This document shows positions 37,376 to 50,290 of a DNA stretch of 64,000 nucleotides, piece by piece. How positions within the stretch are numbered: the first letter of the stretch is position 1; every line of letters starts with the position of its first letter. The notes under the pieces are model-generated. The model saw only the letters and a list, made by a program, of their open reading frames with translations, was not told the DNA's origin and searched no databases. The translations under genes and the position numbers were made by a program. The stretch comes from Felis catus (lineage: Eukaryota): NCBI RefSeq assembly GCF_018350175.1, contig NC_058368.1, forward strand, positions 102,116,001 to 102,180,000, read 5' to 3'.

Positions 37376-40300
37376 CATTGGGATGATTTGCTGATCAGTA
37401 GGGTTGGAAGTAATAAAAAATAATAAAGAAAACTTCCAAAGGACATAAGCCAAAAAAAAAAAAAAAAAAAAAAGAATTCACTTTCATATGCCAATAAAAA
37501 CTGCAGGCTGTCTATTCCAGTCCCTGTCGGTACAAATGGTATCTTGCCCTCTTCCCACAGTATCTATAAAAGCGTTTGATAAACATCATCAAATAAACGT
37601 TTATTGGATTTCCAGTGGACTCTGAATTACGATAAGTTCCAACAGATATGAAGAGAATCGCATCACTACTCAACTCCGACTTTCCAGGTTCTAGCAGACT
37701 CCAGACCTGCAGTCCACATTTAGCCCAAAGGGCCTGGACGTTTGGGAACAAACACTGAAACCCAGAGATCTTGAACCCTGGAAGCTCTCAGCCAGGTCCG
37801 GTAGCCTATTGAGGCCGCACTCTGGAGCATGCGCCTTGTGGGAGGCTGCATGTGCCTGCCGCACGCTCTTGGCACACGTGGTTTGCTGTGGTGGACAAGG
37901 TGGACCTTTGACTCTCTAGCTCTTCACAGAACCTCCTGTCCCATTTTGTTCTTGCCTGCGCTCCGGCCCAGGTCTCCTGCTGTGCACTGGGATAGGTTTG
38001 TTCCTGTTGCCTACCTTGCACACAGGAAACTCCTGATGGGAAGCACCACCAAGAGATTTCCTGCACCTCCAGCTGAAGAGCCAGGGCTCTGCTGCGGGTC
38101 CGCAGTTTCTTTCTCTACCTTCTCCGGGTTGACTCTTCTTCTCTGAGCCCTGCAACATTTTCATTTGACACATTTGCAACTTGCTCTTAAGCCTCTGAGA
38201 TCTCCAGTCAGAGGCTAATCCTAGAGCTTCATGCCTTCGATGCAATGTTTATTTTGGACAAGATTCGAGATTTGCGTTGAAACCTCAAAAAAGCCAACAG
38301 AAACCTTTCCTTGCCCATTGTTTACTTAAAGTGATCCTACCTGCCTCGAGATGTCCCACATTAAGATAAGTATGGCTGAGGCCTTTAGGACATAGCTCTT
38401 AAAGCATTCAGGCCCAGGAAAATCCCCCGGTTGGCCTGGATTTCTCGTCTACCTACTCCCACACCTACAAACACAGGATGGTGAGGAGGTTCTCGCAGTA
38501 ACCGTGCCCACTGCATCGTGTGTGGTTTCTTGACTGCTAAGTGTTCTCCCTTCTCCCTCTAGGCTAGTATTTTTTAAGTGCTGCGCTTTCTAAATACCCG
38601 CCACATAGTAGATTTCCAGTTTTTGTGTCCTTCCTGGTAAGTGGTCCCTGATGAGACATATATTCAGTTTTCAAGTGAGTGTAAGCTGAGTTTCAAAATG
38701 AGGAGTCTCCGAGAAGGGCTGACAGGGCTTCTACATTTCCTGTAAGTTCTGAGACGTATTTTCTGAGTAGAAGGATAGGCCCCTAAAGCGAGAGCATTGC
38801 CCAGTGAACATGATGCACTGTATCCAAAGAGGACAGCCCAGTGGTCAATACAGTTTTAGAATGTACTCGAACGATGTCGGTATACTCCCTAACTCTACCA
38901 AGAGCGGTCTTCAAATCGGAATTGTGAAAATATACATCTCATTTCCCTAATGGATGGGGCGGGGGTGGGGGGGTGGGGAAGGTAACAGACTAAATCACTA
39001 TGGGAACAGTAGTAGATTTCCTTCCTTGAGTTTGGATCTTTTTCACTGGGCTATTCCTCTAAAGAGAAATCTTTAGGAGAGCCCTTCTTAAAACCAGAAT
39101 AATACATGTAATGACCTTTTGGGCACTTCTCCCAGGATCCTATGAAACTTTTCTATTCTTACATTCAACTCCTTCAAACTTGCTCCTTACCACTGAGATT
39201 TATTTTTAATCTCATCAGACCCAAATCACCTCTGTTGGTAAATTATTCATGTAAGGCAAAAGCTTTTCAAGAGCTCTGACAAGACAACTTCTTAAGCAAA
39301 GTCATTAAGATAAGAGACCTCAGCGGGGTTGGACAGTTCCTCAGATCAGACACAAAGCCTCCCTGTGTGAGCCATACTTTTTCTCCTCTCCTTCTCTCCC
39401 TTTCTACCTCACTTTTTTTTTTTTTTTTTTTGTATCTTTAACTAAATGTCAAGCAGTGTAACAGATCACCACTTTACGACAAGTAATGTAGATTTCTGGC
39501 GTTGTGCAAAACTATTTCACTTGTAGTATTATCAAATATTGAACTTGGAAATACAGCTCGAAGAAAAGTAATTCATTCGAAGTTCAGAGGGGGGGGTCTT
39601 AAAGACAGCGAATATTAAATAGAACCTCTTTCTGGACACCTGCGTGAAAACAGGAATGGAAGGGTTAAGACTGGTTACAGTATGTATGTTTGCCCAAGAT
39701 GAACACATGAGTGACATTCTCTAAAAGCACATATGTGCTTATTTAGACAATATTTCATGGCTGCAGAATTTTCCTGCTAACAGAAGACATATGTTCAAAC
39801 CTGAGTTTACCAGTTGATGACCTCAAAACCCAGTGTCGGCCTGAACCCAGAAGCATCAACATAGTTGATCACGTGGGGCTTTTAGGCAATGAAGTTTAAG
39901 GGGCAATCTGAGTCAGGAGGCAAGAGTATCAGCCAAATTATGATATTATTCAGGAAGCGGAACACAAAAGCGATCCGAAAGCTTCAAAGTTTCTGCCCAG
40001 CTGTTCAGAGCTTCTTCTCCATATATAATTAATTAATTCAGCTCCACACATAATTAGAGGCAATTTGCATTCAACCTGGTGCTAATGATTCAACAATGCT
40101 GACTGTACAACTTTGCCCTCTCAATTTTGTTGATTAAACTGGAAAAGGAATCCAGGTTTGGGAAAAGACCTCGTTTGTTCAGGACTCATCCGTTGTATTG
40201 CTATAGTCTCTTGCGTACTCTCGCGTGTCAAAAACTGTCTTAGTCACCTTACCAAAAAAAAAAAAAAAAAAAAAAAGATTCAGGGTATGGAAAACTAAGG

Positions 40301-40697
40301 GAGTTTTTCCTGGACGACACGGTTCTCCTGGTTCAGTAAGATCCCCTTGTGAGGTGATCCTGTGCTGAGGACAAATGTTATAGACCCAGGTAGCGGGCAA
40401 AACACGACCAGAAAGGTGATGCAAAGGACCAACCAAGGCCAAGAGCCAGGGAGGCCCTCAATGGATCGTTAAATGTTCTGGTGGTTTAAGGTTGCCATTG
40501 CCCACAAGGAGAGTAGGCATCACAGTACGTGAAAGATGACATAACTGTTATTTCTCCCGTCTGACATTTTCCACCTAGGAAGCATTTTAAATACTCTTTA
40601 TCCCAAGGTCACAAAAAGTCCACAAGCTAAACACTACCTCAGATATATTTGGTTGAGGTCATCAAAGTATTCTATAGTATGTATTAATAATTATACA

Positions 40698-40890
40698 TTT
40701 TATTTTTTTAGTGTTTATTCATTTATTTTGAGAGACAGAGAGAGTGAGCAGGGGAGGGACAGAGAGAGAGAGGGAGGGCTTTGCCAGCACGGAGCCCTAT
40801 GTGGAGCTCAAACCCACGAACCTTTGAGATCATGATCTGAGCTTAAATCAGGAGCCAGGTGCTTAACCGACTGAGCCACCCAAACGCCCC
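40698..40890 (-). mobile_element. CanSINE (older)
   Basis: Reverse body ending gccacccaaacgcccc. Confidence 0.9.
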
Positions 40891-41004
40891 TAATGGTAAA
40901 TCTTTAAAATGATGACATTCCATATATAAACATCTGTGTCTGATTCCCTTTGGGTATCTGGAGGTAGGAGTAACATTTGAGGCGAAGTTTTTGTATCCCC
41001 TTTA

Positions 41005-41218
41005 TTTTTTTTCAACGTTTTATTTATTTTTGGGGGGACAGAGAGAGACAGAGCATGAACGGGGGAGGGGCAGAGAGAGAGGGAGACACGGAATCGGAAA
41101 CAGGCTCCAGGCTCTGAGCCATCAGCCCAGAGCCTGACGCGGGGCTCGAACTCACGGACCGCAAGATCGTGACCTGGCTGAAGTCGGACGCTTAACCGAC
41201 TGCGCCACCCAGGCGCCC
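41005..41218 (-). mobile_element. Young SINEC_Fc-type SINE
   Basis: TSD ttgtatccccttta at 40991-41004 and 41220-41233. Confidence 0.97.
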
Positions 41219-42736
41219 ATTGTATCCCCTTTAGATCCACTGTATCGCTTTAGTGAAGTTTCAGTCCAGCCTGCAAGCTGATTTTCTGCTCGAGCCCACA
41301 CCACTAATTTTTCAGAGGAGAGCGCCAAGGTTCAGAGAAGGTGATTTGTTCAGAAATCAAGAGCCAATACCAGAGCCATGCCTGGAGACTGGTTGTTTCC
41401 ACTGTACCTCTGTACCTGTCCTTTTTCATATCCTACCTAATCATGAGTCCAGAATACGGAATGCAATGGCACATGGCAATTACAATAACCTTAACTATGA
41501 AATACACCTTTCGCAACGGACGAACTCGAAGGGTTATAATGAGATCTAAAAACGTAGGATAGAAATGAGCCTCGAAATGGGTGACACTTATCAACTGGTG
41601 ATTTTTAGGATTTTCACAGTATTTTTAAGCAACACCGTCCACTGATTAAGGCCATATTTGGGGCCAAGGTAGGTAGGAGGATGTAGCCACCGAATTATGA
41701 TATCCTTTAGTAAGTAAGACTCAAAAGAAAACCGAGAAAGTCAATCTTCTGCCCGGCTGTTCAGAGCTTCCTCCCTCTATATAAGTGTGCTCATTAGAAT
41801 TTGAAAGATGTGGAAACTAGTTTTTGGTTTGAATCCAGTTTGCTTTGGGCACATAGGAGAGATCGTGCCTCTGTCACACTTTTGGACTGGTTCCTGGGAA
41901 CAGGAGGTATTAACCCAGAAGACAGTGAGAAATCTCTGACTCTTTGATCATTGAATCTGATTTAATTTTTATTAAGACCACTGTAGTTGTTAGCTGTAGA
42001 TCACTGTTTCCAATGGACTTTTAAGGGATCCTTCGCAAAGCTGTGAATCCCTGGTTAAGACATCCCCACTGCACCTGCATGCCTCAGTACTTTCACAGTC
42101 AGGGGTAACCACAGATGGAATCTAAGCAGCCTGCTAGGTCTCTGAAGCCCAAGCCAATCAGATGGGAGCGGGCACATTAGGTGGTATGGCCGTAAACCAA
42201 GCCAGTCAATAATTACTGAATCCTCCCAACGTTGAGAAGCCCCATTCTGCCGCACAGTGAATCACCACAGTGGGGTCACCATGGGCAATGAGTGACCCAC
42301 CGATGGTACGAAGGCTCTGAGGCTCTTGGCATTCAAAGCCAACAACCCACATTATAGAAGTATCTCCTGCTGTCTTCTGCCACAGAGTCCCAAACTGTAA
42401 GGGATGTAGTGAGGGCACTAAAATGTTGTCATGAAGTTCATGTTTTACTGCCTGCTTCCACTTGCCAAGTCTTGGGGTCATGCCCCCTTCTCTGGGTTGT
42501 CAGTAGGGAATAATGGAATGCAGGGGGAATGGTAGGGATATAGAGACAGAGATTCACAGGGAACCAGGAGGGTGGCACATAGGCACAGATTTCGGCTTCC
42601 CAGGTCCGACCATCACAACGACAGGCACACAACCACACCTTTCTGCTAACTCAGAATCCACACTCTTGCTTCGAGAATCATGAAGGTGCTACAGCCCATG
42701 ATTCTGTAAATGATATAGCATAGTTTTTTCATTTAT

Positions 42737-42959
42737 GTATTTTTTAAACATTTTTAATGCTTATTTTGGAGAGAGAGAAAGAGCGAGCGAGCATAAGCAC
42801 GCATGAGGGGGGAGAGGCAGAGAGAAAGGGGGACAGAGGATCCAAACCACGCTCCGTGCTGACAGCAGAGAGCCCAACGTGGGGCTCAAACTCATGAAGG
42901 GCCAGATCATGCCTGAGAGGAAGTCGGAGGCTTAACCGACTGGGCCACCCAGGTGCCCC
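42737..42959 (-). mobile_element. CanSINE
   Basis: TSD-like agttttttcatttat / agttttctcatttat. Confidence 0.93.
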
Positions 42960-44324
42960 AGTTTTCTCATTTATAACATGAGGGAGTTTGGACTAATCTC
43001 TAAGATCAAAAGGCAAAAGTTCTAACATCTTTTATTAGTTCTAAAGATTATTATTAGTTCCTTAGTGAAATCCTACTAATTCAGAAATACAACACCTTGA
43101 CATTGCAGAGAAGATACCACGGTGTGGTTAATACTCACCTGAAGAAAGGCTATCGTTTCTTGTCCTGCCAGTGGGTTTCAGAGATCATAGCGCATTTTCA
43201 GATTAGCTCAACAAACACTTCTTTAGCTCTGTTAGGCATGGGGCCACAAATAGGCAATCGACCGTGCCACAAATATTTGAAGAGATAACATTGAACAGAC
43301 ACACCAATATCATGTCTAGGCAGAGAAAAGAGCAAATATAAGGACCCCAAGACTTAAGTTTGGCACGTTGGAAGAATGTGAAGAACATCAATAAAGCCAA
43401 TATTTGCAGGGAAGCATGGGGGGAGATGAGGCCCACAGGAGGACGGGTCAGAGCATAGAGTCCAGGGAAAGACTAGATTTCATTCTGCTTGCAACTTAGA
43501 TTTTATTCTATGCGCTGCTGGGGAGCTTGGAAGAGTAGCATCTAACTCACCAAGACGGGTGGGGCGAAGTAACTCAAAGGAACTGCAGAGTGTGTAGGTA
43601 AGCCGGGTCTTACACCTTGGATTAACAAGTTTGGGCAGGAGAAAGGAGAGTAGGGAGGGGAAAAAAAGGCTACAAAGGAAAAGAGAAATAGACAAGAGAG
43701 AGAAGGCATTTGAGGTGGAAGAAACACCATGAAGAAAGGCAGGCGATTTTCATGGCGTTCTGCAGAAGCCATGGGGGGTGAGGGTTGCCAGAGGCTAAAA
43801 CAAGAGAGAGGACAGGGAGCAATGGAGACAGAGAAAACGCGCAAGTGCCAGAAATGTTGCTATTACAGTCACGACTACCCAGATCTATAAGACACATCTG
43901 CATTATGTACACTAAGAGTCTGTATTTTATTAGACTACACTTATGGCCAAGCGCTTATATTCTTAGGCAACTTGCTTGCCACCTCAGCATCTAGATATCC
44001 ACTAAATACCTGTGGCTTGAGGACCCTTAAGCAAACCTCACTGACAGGTTCTGCTGTTGCTGCCAAATGTATCACCAGGGTTTTCACCAAATCAGGTAGA
44101 TGAAGAAAACAGGCGCCCTGATAATTGCTGCTTAGAATTCACAGCGAAACAACGTTCTAAGGGGCCCATCACCTCCCTTATTTCTGGCCTATGAAATTAA
44201 CAAGGCATCCAATTTGTTACAATGACTTGTCTGGCTGGAGCGATGCTTTATCACCTCACCTAAAGTGTGAAGCACTTCCTTAGGGAGGCAGATTTCAGAG
44301 GAAATAATAATAATGGACATCTCA

Positions 44325-44505
44325 GAGCTTTATAGTTTCCAAGATGCTTTTATATATATATAACATTTTACCCTCCTAGCAGCTCTTTGAGTTAGGCAAG
44401 ATAAGACATTACGATTTTTACTTAACTTTGATGGAAAGCGAGGCCCAGAGAGGTCACACAGCTAACGGAATGAAGCCAGGGTTAGAACCGAGGTCTTTGG
44501 TGCCC
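44325..44505 (-). mobile_element. MIR
   Basis: gaggcccagagaggtcacacagctaa...gccagggttagaaccgaggtct. Confidence 0.65.
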
Positions 44506-44699
44506 ATATTTTGTATCACCGGGTGCTTTCCATCAACTGACAAACGCATCGCGATGTTATTACGTAGGCAGAACAGGGGCAAGGAGTTTGCTATAGGCTA
44601 ATCTTTGGTTATATAGGCATAGAAAGAGCAAATGTAAGGACCCCTAGCTGTAAGGAACAGCTAGCTCTGTTCCTTTATCCCTTTTCCGAGTAAATATTA

Positions 44700-45725
44700 C
44701 TCCAGTGCCTATTAAGTACTGCTGGTCACCAGGGATATGACAAAACCAAAAATCCCTGACCTCGCGTGCTTCCATTCCAGCGGGAGAAAGACAATAATCA
44801 AGTAAATTACACAGAATGTCAGATGATGACGAGTGTCGCAGTGACTAATAAAGCGGGTAAAGGAGATGGAAAGGGCAGGCTGGGAGGGGGTAGCTCTTAA
44901 CAGAATGGTCTGGCATTGCTTAGACAGGGGCATTCAAGCAAAGGTCCGAGGAAGGTAATGCAGGGAGCCAAGTGGAGAGCCGAGGAAGGAGTTGCCAAAC
45001 CCTGATGTGATAGAATGTCTGGCTTCGTGGAGAATCACAAGGGGTTCCACACGGCTGGAGCAGCGGGGAGAAAAACTCCCAGGCGGTGCTGGGAGAGTCG
45101 GTGATGCGTATGTTGGGGCTGAGGAACGCACTGGAAGCTGTGGAGAAGAGTTACATCGTCCGTCTTACCTCTAATTTTTTAATTATTTTTTTAAGTTTAT
45201 TCATTGATTTTGAGAGAGAGAGAGAGAAAGGCAGGGAGGGGCAGAAAGAGAGGGAGAGAGAGAGAGAATCCCAAGCCAGCTCCGCAGGGTCAACGCAGAG
45301 CCCGACGCAGGTCTGGAACTCACAAACCATGAGATTATGACTTGAGCGGAAACCCAGAGTTGGACACTTAACCGACTGAGCCACCCAGGGGCCCCCATCT
45401 GTTTTAGTTTTTCAGAGGATGATTCTACTTGCTATGGGAAAGAAAAAATTTACGGAGAAGGTGGTAGGAACAGACAGAGCAAGGCTCATATAGAGATGGT
45501 TGTAACACCCCAGGCAAGAAATGAATCACCTGAGTCCAGGTAGAGGCAGCAGAGGTGAGGAGGGGTTGGGTTGAGACGGATTTTGAAAGTGGGGCCACAA
45601 GGACTTGACAGAGGATTAAACGTGGGTTGTGAGAGACGAACATTTTTATTGAGTCCCCACTCTGTGCCAGGAACTTGGCTAAACAACGATACACGTCTGT
45701 GGACAGACACGGTTCCTGCCTTGCT
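44700..45725. mobile_element. L2 remnants interrupted by a SINE
   Basis: aaaatccctgacctcgcgtgcttccattccagcggg, ggattttgaaagtggggccacaaggacttgacagaggattaaacgtgggttgtgagagac. Confidence 0.7.
45175..45395 (-). mobile_element. CanSINE
   Basis: Reverse body with (GA)n and T tail. Confidence 0.92.
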
Positions 45726-48700
45726 CAGGATTCAGTGGCCACACCAATCACAATGGCCTCCTTGGTGTCAAGGCTTCCTGCCGACCGCATTCGTCCCCAT
45801 CACCCGTCATGCCAGGTCTGAGGTCAGCTATTTTCACTGGGCCTCAATTTCCTCATAGGGGGTTGATAAAACAAAAAAGAAACGAAGGTGCTTTTTAGCC
45901 TCATTACTCTAAGAGGGGGTGCATCCAAAGAAAAGGGGAGAGAGGTCTGTGTTTCATTTCCTTCTAGGAGAAGGGACTGCATTTCTTAGGGAACACCAAA
46001 CGTCTCCCCAGATTGGAAATACTGGGACCAGGGGATACGAGGAAGGCTCACCTACATCTGCGCCCTCCCCCGAGAGCATGTGAGGGCCAACGCGTGTCAC
46101 AGACTCTGAGCTGCAGTCAACAACCTACTAAAGCGCTCCCTCCGACGTCCAGAAAAATGAGATCCAAGAGTCTCCTGCCTTGGGGGAACGCCCTGCCTGC
46201 TTCTTCCTGATGCCGAGGAGAGCCCCGAAGCGGGATGCCTGGCTCTGCCATTCTCCGGCCGAAGCACGGAGAGCCAGGTGTATGGTCCAAGCCCGCACTC
46301 AACCTGTGTCCTAGCGTGATCCCTCCAAGCTGGTAAAAGGCCTTGTTTCATTCTCCATGTCTCAATATTTACCAGTGCACCTGCTTTACCTCTGGGTCCC
46401 CAGTGGAGAAAGCTATACAAACTTCAGCGGACGCACAGCGAATACTGCAACCACTCATTCCCTCTTGTCACTGCGGCGGTCCGATAGGGGAAACAGGAAC
46501 AGAACAATGGCCCAGGTGGAGCCCAAGGGACGACAGTGACTCCCTGACTTCCTCTCACAGAGGAGGACTCTGCCCAAGGACATGCGTGGGAACTGAATGG
46601 CTTCCTCCACTCCTCCTTTGCTCCCCCGCCCCACTGAGGTCTCTCACTGCCTTACTTAGTAAAGCTGTGACCTGTCACTCAGGCCGCTCCCTTCTCTCTC
46701 CGGGGTCATGGAGCAATTGACGTAAGGTAGACTCCTGCAGTCCTTGGGGCTGAGTGTGCAGAAGTTAAGTCTGTGTGACTTGCTTAGAGCTTTGAAGGCT
46801 CTTGGTCTAGTTCTAACGGAAACTTCTAATCCAAAATGGATAGTATTTCCTTTCTCCAAGATCGGAGCTAACCCTCAGCTAACCCTGTCAGCAAAGGGAG
46901 CTTTTCTCTGCTCATCCTCTCGCCGAACGGCCCTCAGACACAGGACCTAGAAGAGAGTCGGAGCTTTAAAAAAAAAAAACAAACCAAACCAAAACCAAAA
47001 GCGAAAACAAAAACAAAACATGATGCTTCGGGAAATTTCTATACAGAATCCTATGACACTTCCACCCCACTTGGGTTTCTGGAAGATTCTTTTCTATGGG
47101 AAATATCTGTCCCAGGGTACAACAAATCCCTGGGCCAAGAGCAGACTCAGCACTGTTGCACACGCATCCACTGTGCCTCTGGACCGTGGTTTTTTTTTAT
47201 CCCATTCCTTCGGCCTTTGTCTTCTGTGATCGCTGTCCCTATTTTCAGGCATCCAGGCACATTTTTTCCTCTTTCCTCTCCCCTACAGACTCATAACTAC
47301 TTTGAACTTACACCTGGATCTCTTCCTGTAGGTTCTGGGCTTAAAACGTGTAGATTATTAGACGGAGAGCCACAGTCGCTTTCTGTACAGTCCTGTATTT
47401 CTTCCAGCGACTGGGAGGGTTTTTCTGGAGAGGCTTATACATGTTTGTTTGTGTGGGGGAGGAAGTTGTTATTACTTTTAAAGCAAAAATCTTCTGCAGC
47501 ACTCTCTAGCCCTTGCCAGAGGAAGTCACAATCTGGCTCTCTCTTCTGGGCGGGGCGGGGCGGGGGGGGGGGGGGGTGGGGAGGAACCTCTACCCAGCCA
47601 TTCCTTGAGCTGTGCCCAGAGTCAGCATGTGGCGGTGGCCTGAGGCCAACAGGGCTCCCGCTATTGGCAAGGAGGTGGCGACAGGCTGAGGGGGGTCAGA
47701 ATTCTCTCATCACCCTTTCTCAGGGAATCTAGTCCAAGTTCATTTGCCTGGTTCATACCCTCCATTAGCACCCACGCCAGCAAGTGCGACGTAAAATGGA
47801 GATTTGTAAATACACTAAGACTACAGGGTTGTTTTCTCACGATGGGGTTCAGTAAATTACAGGGGAGGAAAGGACCTGGGAGCTTTTCTTGTACACAGAA
47901 AGCTTTGAGATTAGGGGATAAAATGAATGCCGGTAACGCGTTCTCCAGGTAGAGGCAGAGAAAGAGAGAGGCTTTAGGAGGTCCTTCGTCGAATAGTGGC
48001 CGTGACCTGCCGAGTTCTTCTTACAGGGACGCCTGCTTTCCTGGGAAGGTCCGGGATCCAACGGGCACCAGCCAGCTCTGAAGACAACCCTTCAACCTGT
48101 CCACGGCCCCTCCTGCGGCTGGGAAGTGCCATGGCTCGTCCACCTGGCTGTGTGCAAACAAAGAGGTCCTTCTCTGTGCCTGGAGCTTCATGGGTTGGCA
48201 GCTCAGAAAAAGCCTCCCTTTGATCTTAAGCTTCTGAAGGGATCAAACAAGCTGCTTTAATGGGTGGGAATGCGGCTCTGAAAATCCTACCTTTTGTCAG
48301 TAAAGTATTCCTCCTTCTCCTCCCGGGGCAGGTGCTATGACAAGATCCAGTCTGCTTTCCAGGCTCCGAGCCAGATGTTCCTTCTTGCGACAAGTAGAAC
48401 AAAGAAGTAAAAGTGAGATCAGGCGGCAAATGACAAGGCCTTGTCCACAAATGAGCTCTGCTGGGTTTGGGAGTTAGTTCTTGATGTGCCCCTTCCTGAA
48501 ACCCGCTTTAGGTCCACCGCGTTTTACAAAGGCCAGAAATCAGCTACTCTGGTGTTAACTGTGCCAATCGCGACTTCTCAGAGCTTTTAGATTACGTTTG
48601 GAAGAGGGCTCACCTTTAAGCAATGCGATTTGGGCTAACGTCCTTTGATTTACGAGATGTGTCTCAAACCCGTTTCAACCTAGGATTCCACGCTCCTTCC

Positions 48701-49328
48701 GAATGCCAAAACAGCCTTTAAATAACCACTTTTATTCCCTCAGCCTACGCTAGTCCTGTGACAGCAGAAAGAGAGAAAAAAAAATGGATCATGGTTTATT
48801 TCTTGAGGACCATTCCAGCATGCACTCTAAGGACATGCTCTTAAAAATCTCCCATCAGAGAGATATTTAATCCATTTCTCAAGTTCACTGGAAACAAGCA
48901 AATTCAGCCCACTCTCTAATTTCTGGATAAATGTGTCACCGTTTCCTTAGAAATGTTTTCCAGAAATCGCCTTAAAGTACCTTTAGGGAAGAGACACTGG
49001 TGATCATGCCTCCAAATGATTCCAGAACTGTTCAGCCTGCTCAGGCTGGCAGTGGAAGTTTTCTTGGTGATGCTTTTATTTCATTAAGCACCCTTTGGAT
49101 CTGGATCTCCCAGGGTACGCCCTGCAAGCTCCTCATCCCCGGAGATGCCCCTTGAAGAGAGGGATCCATAGCCCAAGGACTTAGGCAAGCATATGAGTAT
49201 CAGTTTCTCCTTGAAATCCTCACTCTGCATCAAATTTGGAGTCTCTTAGAAGAAACCGGTTAAATATCTTATAATCCATATCTCTCTCAATCATCTGACC
49301 TGGGGAAATATTTTCCATAGAATGATTA

Positions 49329-49623
49329 CATTAAAAAAAATCTTTTTAGGGGCGCCTGGGTGGCGCAGTCGGTTAAGCGTCCGACTTCAGCCAGGTCACG
49401 ATCTCGCGGTCCGTGAGTTCGAGCCCCGCGTCAGGCTCTGGGCTGATAGCCCGGAGCCTGTTTCCGATTCTGTGTCTCCCTCTCTCTCTGCCCCTCCCCC
49501 GTTCATGCTCTGTCTCTCTCTGTCCCAAAAATAAATAAAAAACGTTGAAAAAAAAAAAAAACTTAAAAAAAAATCTTTTTATTATTTTTATTTAAGAGAG
49601 AGAGCATGAGCAGGGGAGAGGCG
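49329..49623 (-). mobile_element. Tail-only CanSINE remnant hosting a younger SINE
   Basis: ttttattatttttatttaagagagagagcatgagcaggggagaggc; outer TSD tccatagaatgatta / tccatatactgatta. Confidence 0.7.
49349..49562 (+). mobile_element. Young SINEC_Fc-type SINE
   Basis: Near-consensus; TSD ttaaaaaaaatcttttt on both sides. Confidence 0.96.
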
Positions 49624-49699
49624 TCCATATACTGATTAATATCTCATGAAACTAACACAGATGGGATATTCTGCCTTAGATCATGATCACGGGATATAC

Positions 49700-49792
49700 A
49701 CATTTCCAAGATCTTCCTCAGGGATCTGAGTAAATAGATCTGGAGTAGGGACCTGGGAACCTAATTTTTAACAAGGACTCCAGATGATTCTA
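49700..49792. mobile_element. MER5-like hAT remnant
   Basis: tagatctggagtagggacctgggaacc...ttttaacaaggactccagatgattct. Confidence 0.6.
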
Positions 49793-50084
49793 ATTGACGA
49801 GGTAAGTTATAGCAATTGTGGTTTTCTGTATATCTACCCTTTCAACTCTCTGCCCACCCCGTATACACACAAATATATGTGAGTTATGGAAGCACACCAT
49901 AAAATATACAAGACCCTGAAGGTAACAGCGCTGATTTCTTCTTGGAATACCAAGGCAGACATAATGTAGGCTGTGGCATTCTAGCTCAAGTTGAGGCACA
50001 CAACGTAAGTCTATCTTTTTACTGCCAGACCTCTAAGACCACATCACCCTAAGAGTGCAGGAGGTTAAGCAGGCAGCTGTAGAA

Positions 50085-50290
50085 CGCAGCCACCCCGTTT
50101 GGGATCCTTGCTCTACTGCCCTGCATTTTCCAAGCCTCAAATTCTCACCTATAAAATCAGAGATGATAGAAACTAGAGTAGTCCCCAATATAAAGTGTTG
50201 CACAGAAATAAATGAGACAACACGCTATAAATCACTTAACATAATACCTGGCATGCTTCTTAAGCGCTTGATAAATAGCTATTATTTTTA
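50085..50290 (+). mobile_element. MIR
   Basis: aagcctcaaattctcacctataaaat...aatacctggcatg...aaatagctattatt. Confidence 0.65.

Noticed and set aside
47217..47732. 171-aa ORF
   Set aside because: Non-ATG start, runs through a G homopolymer, no recognisable domain.
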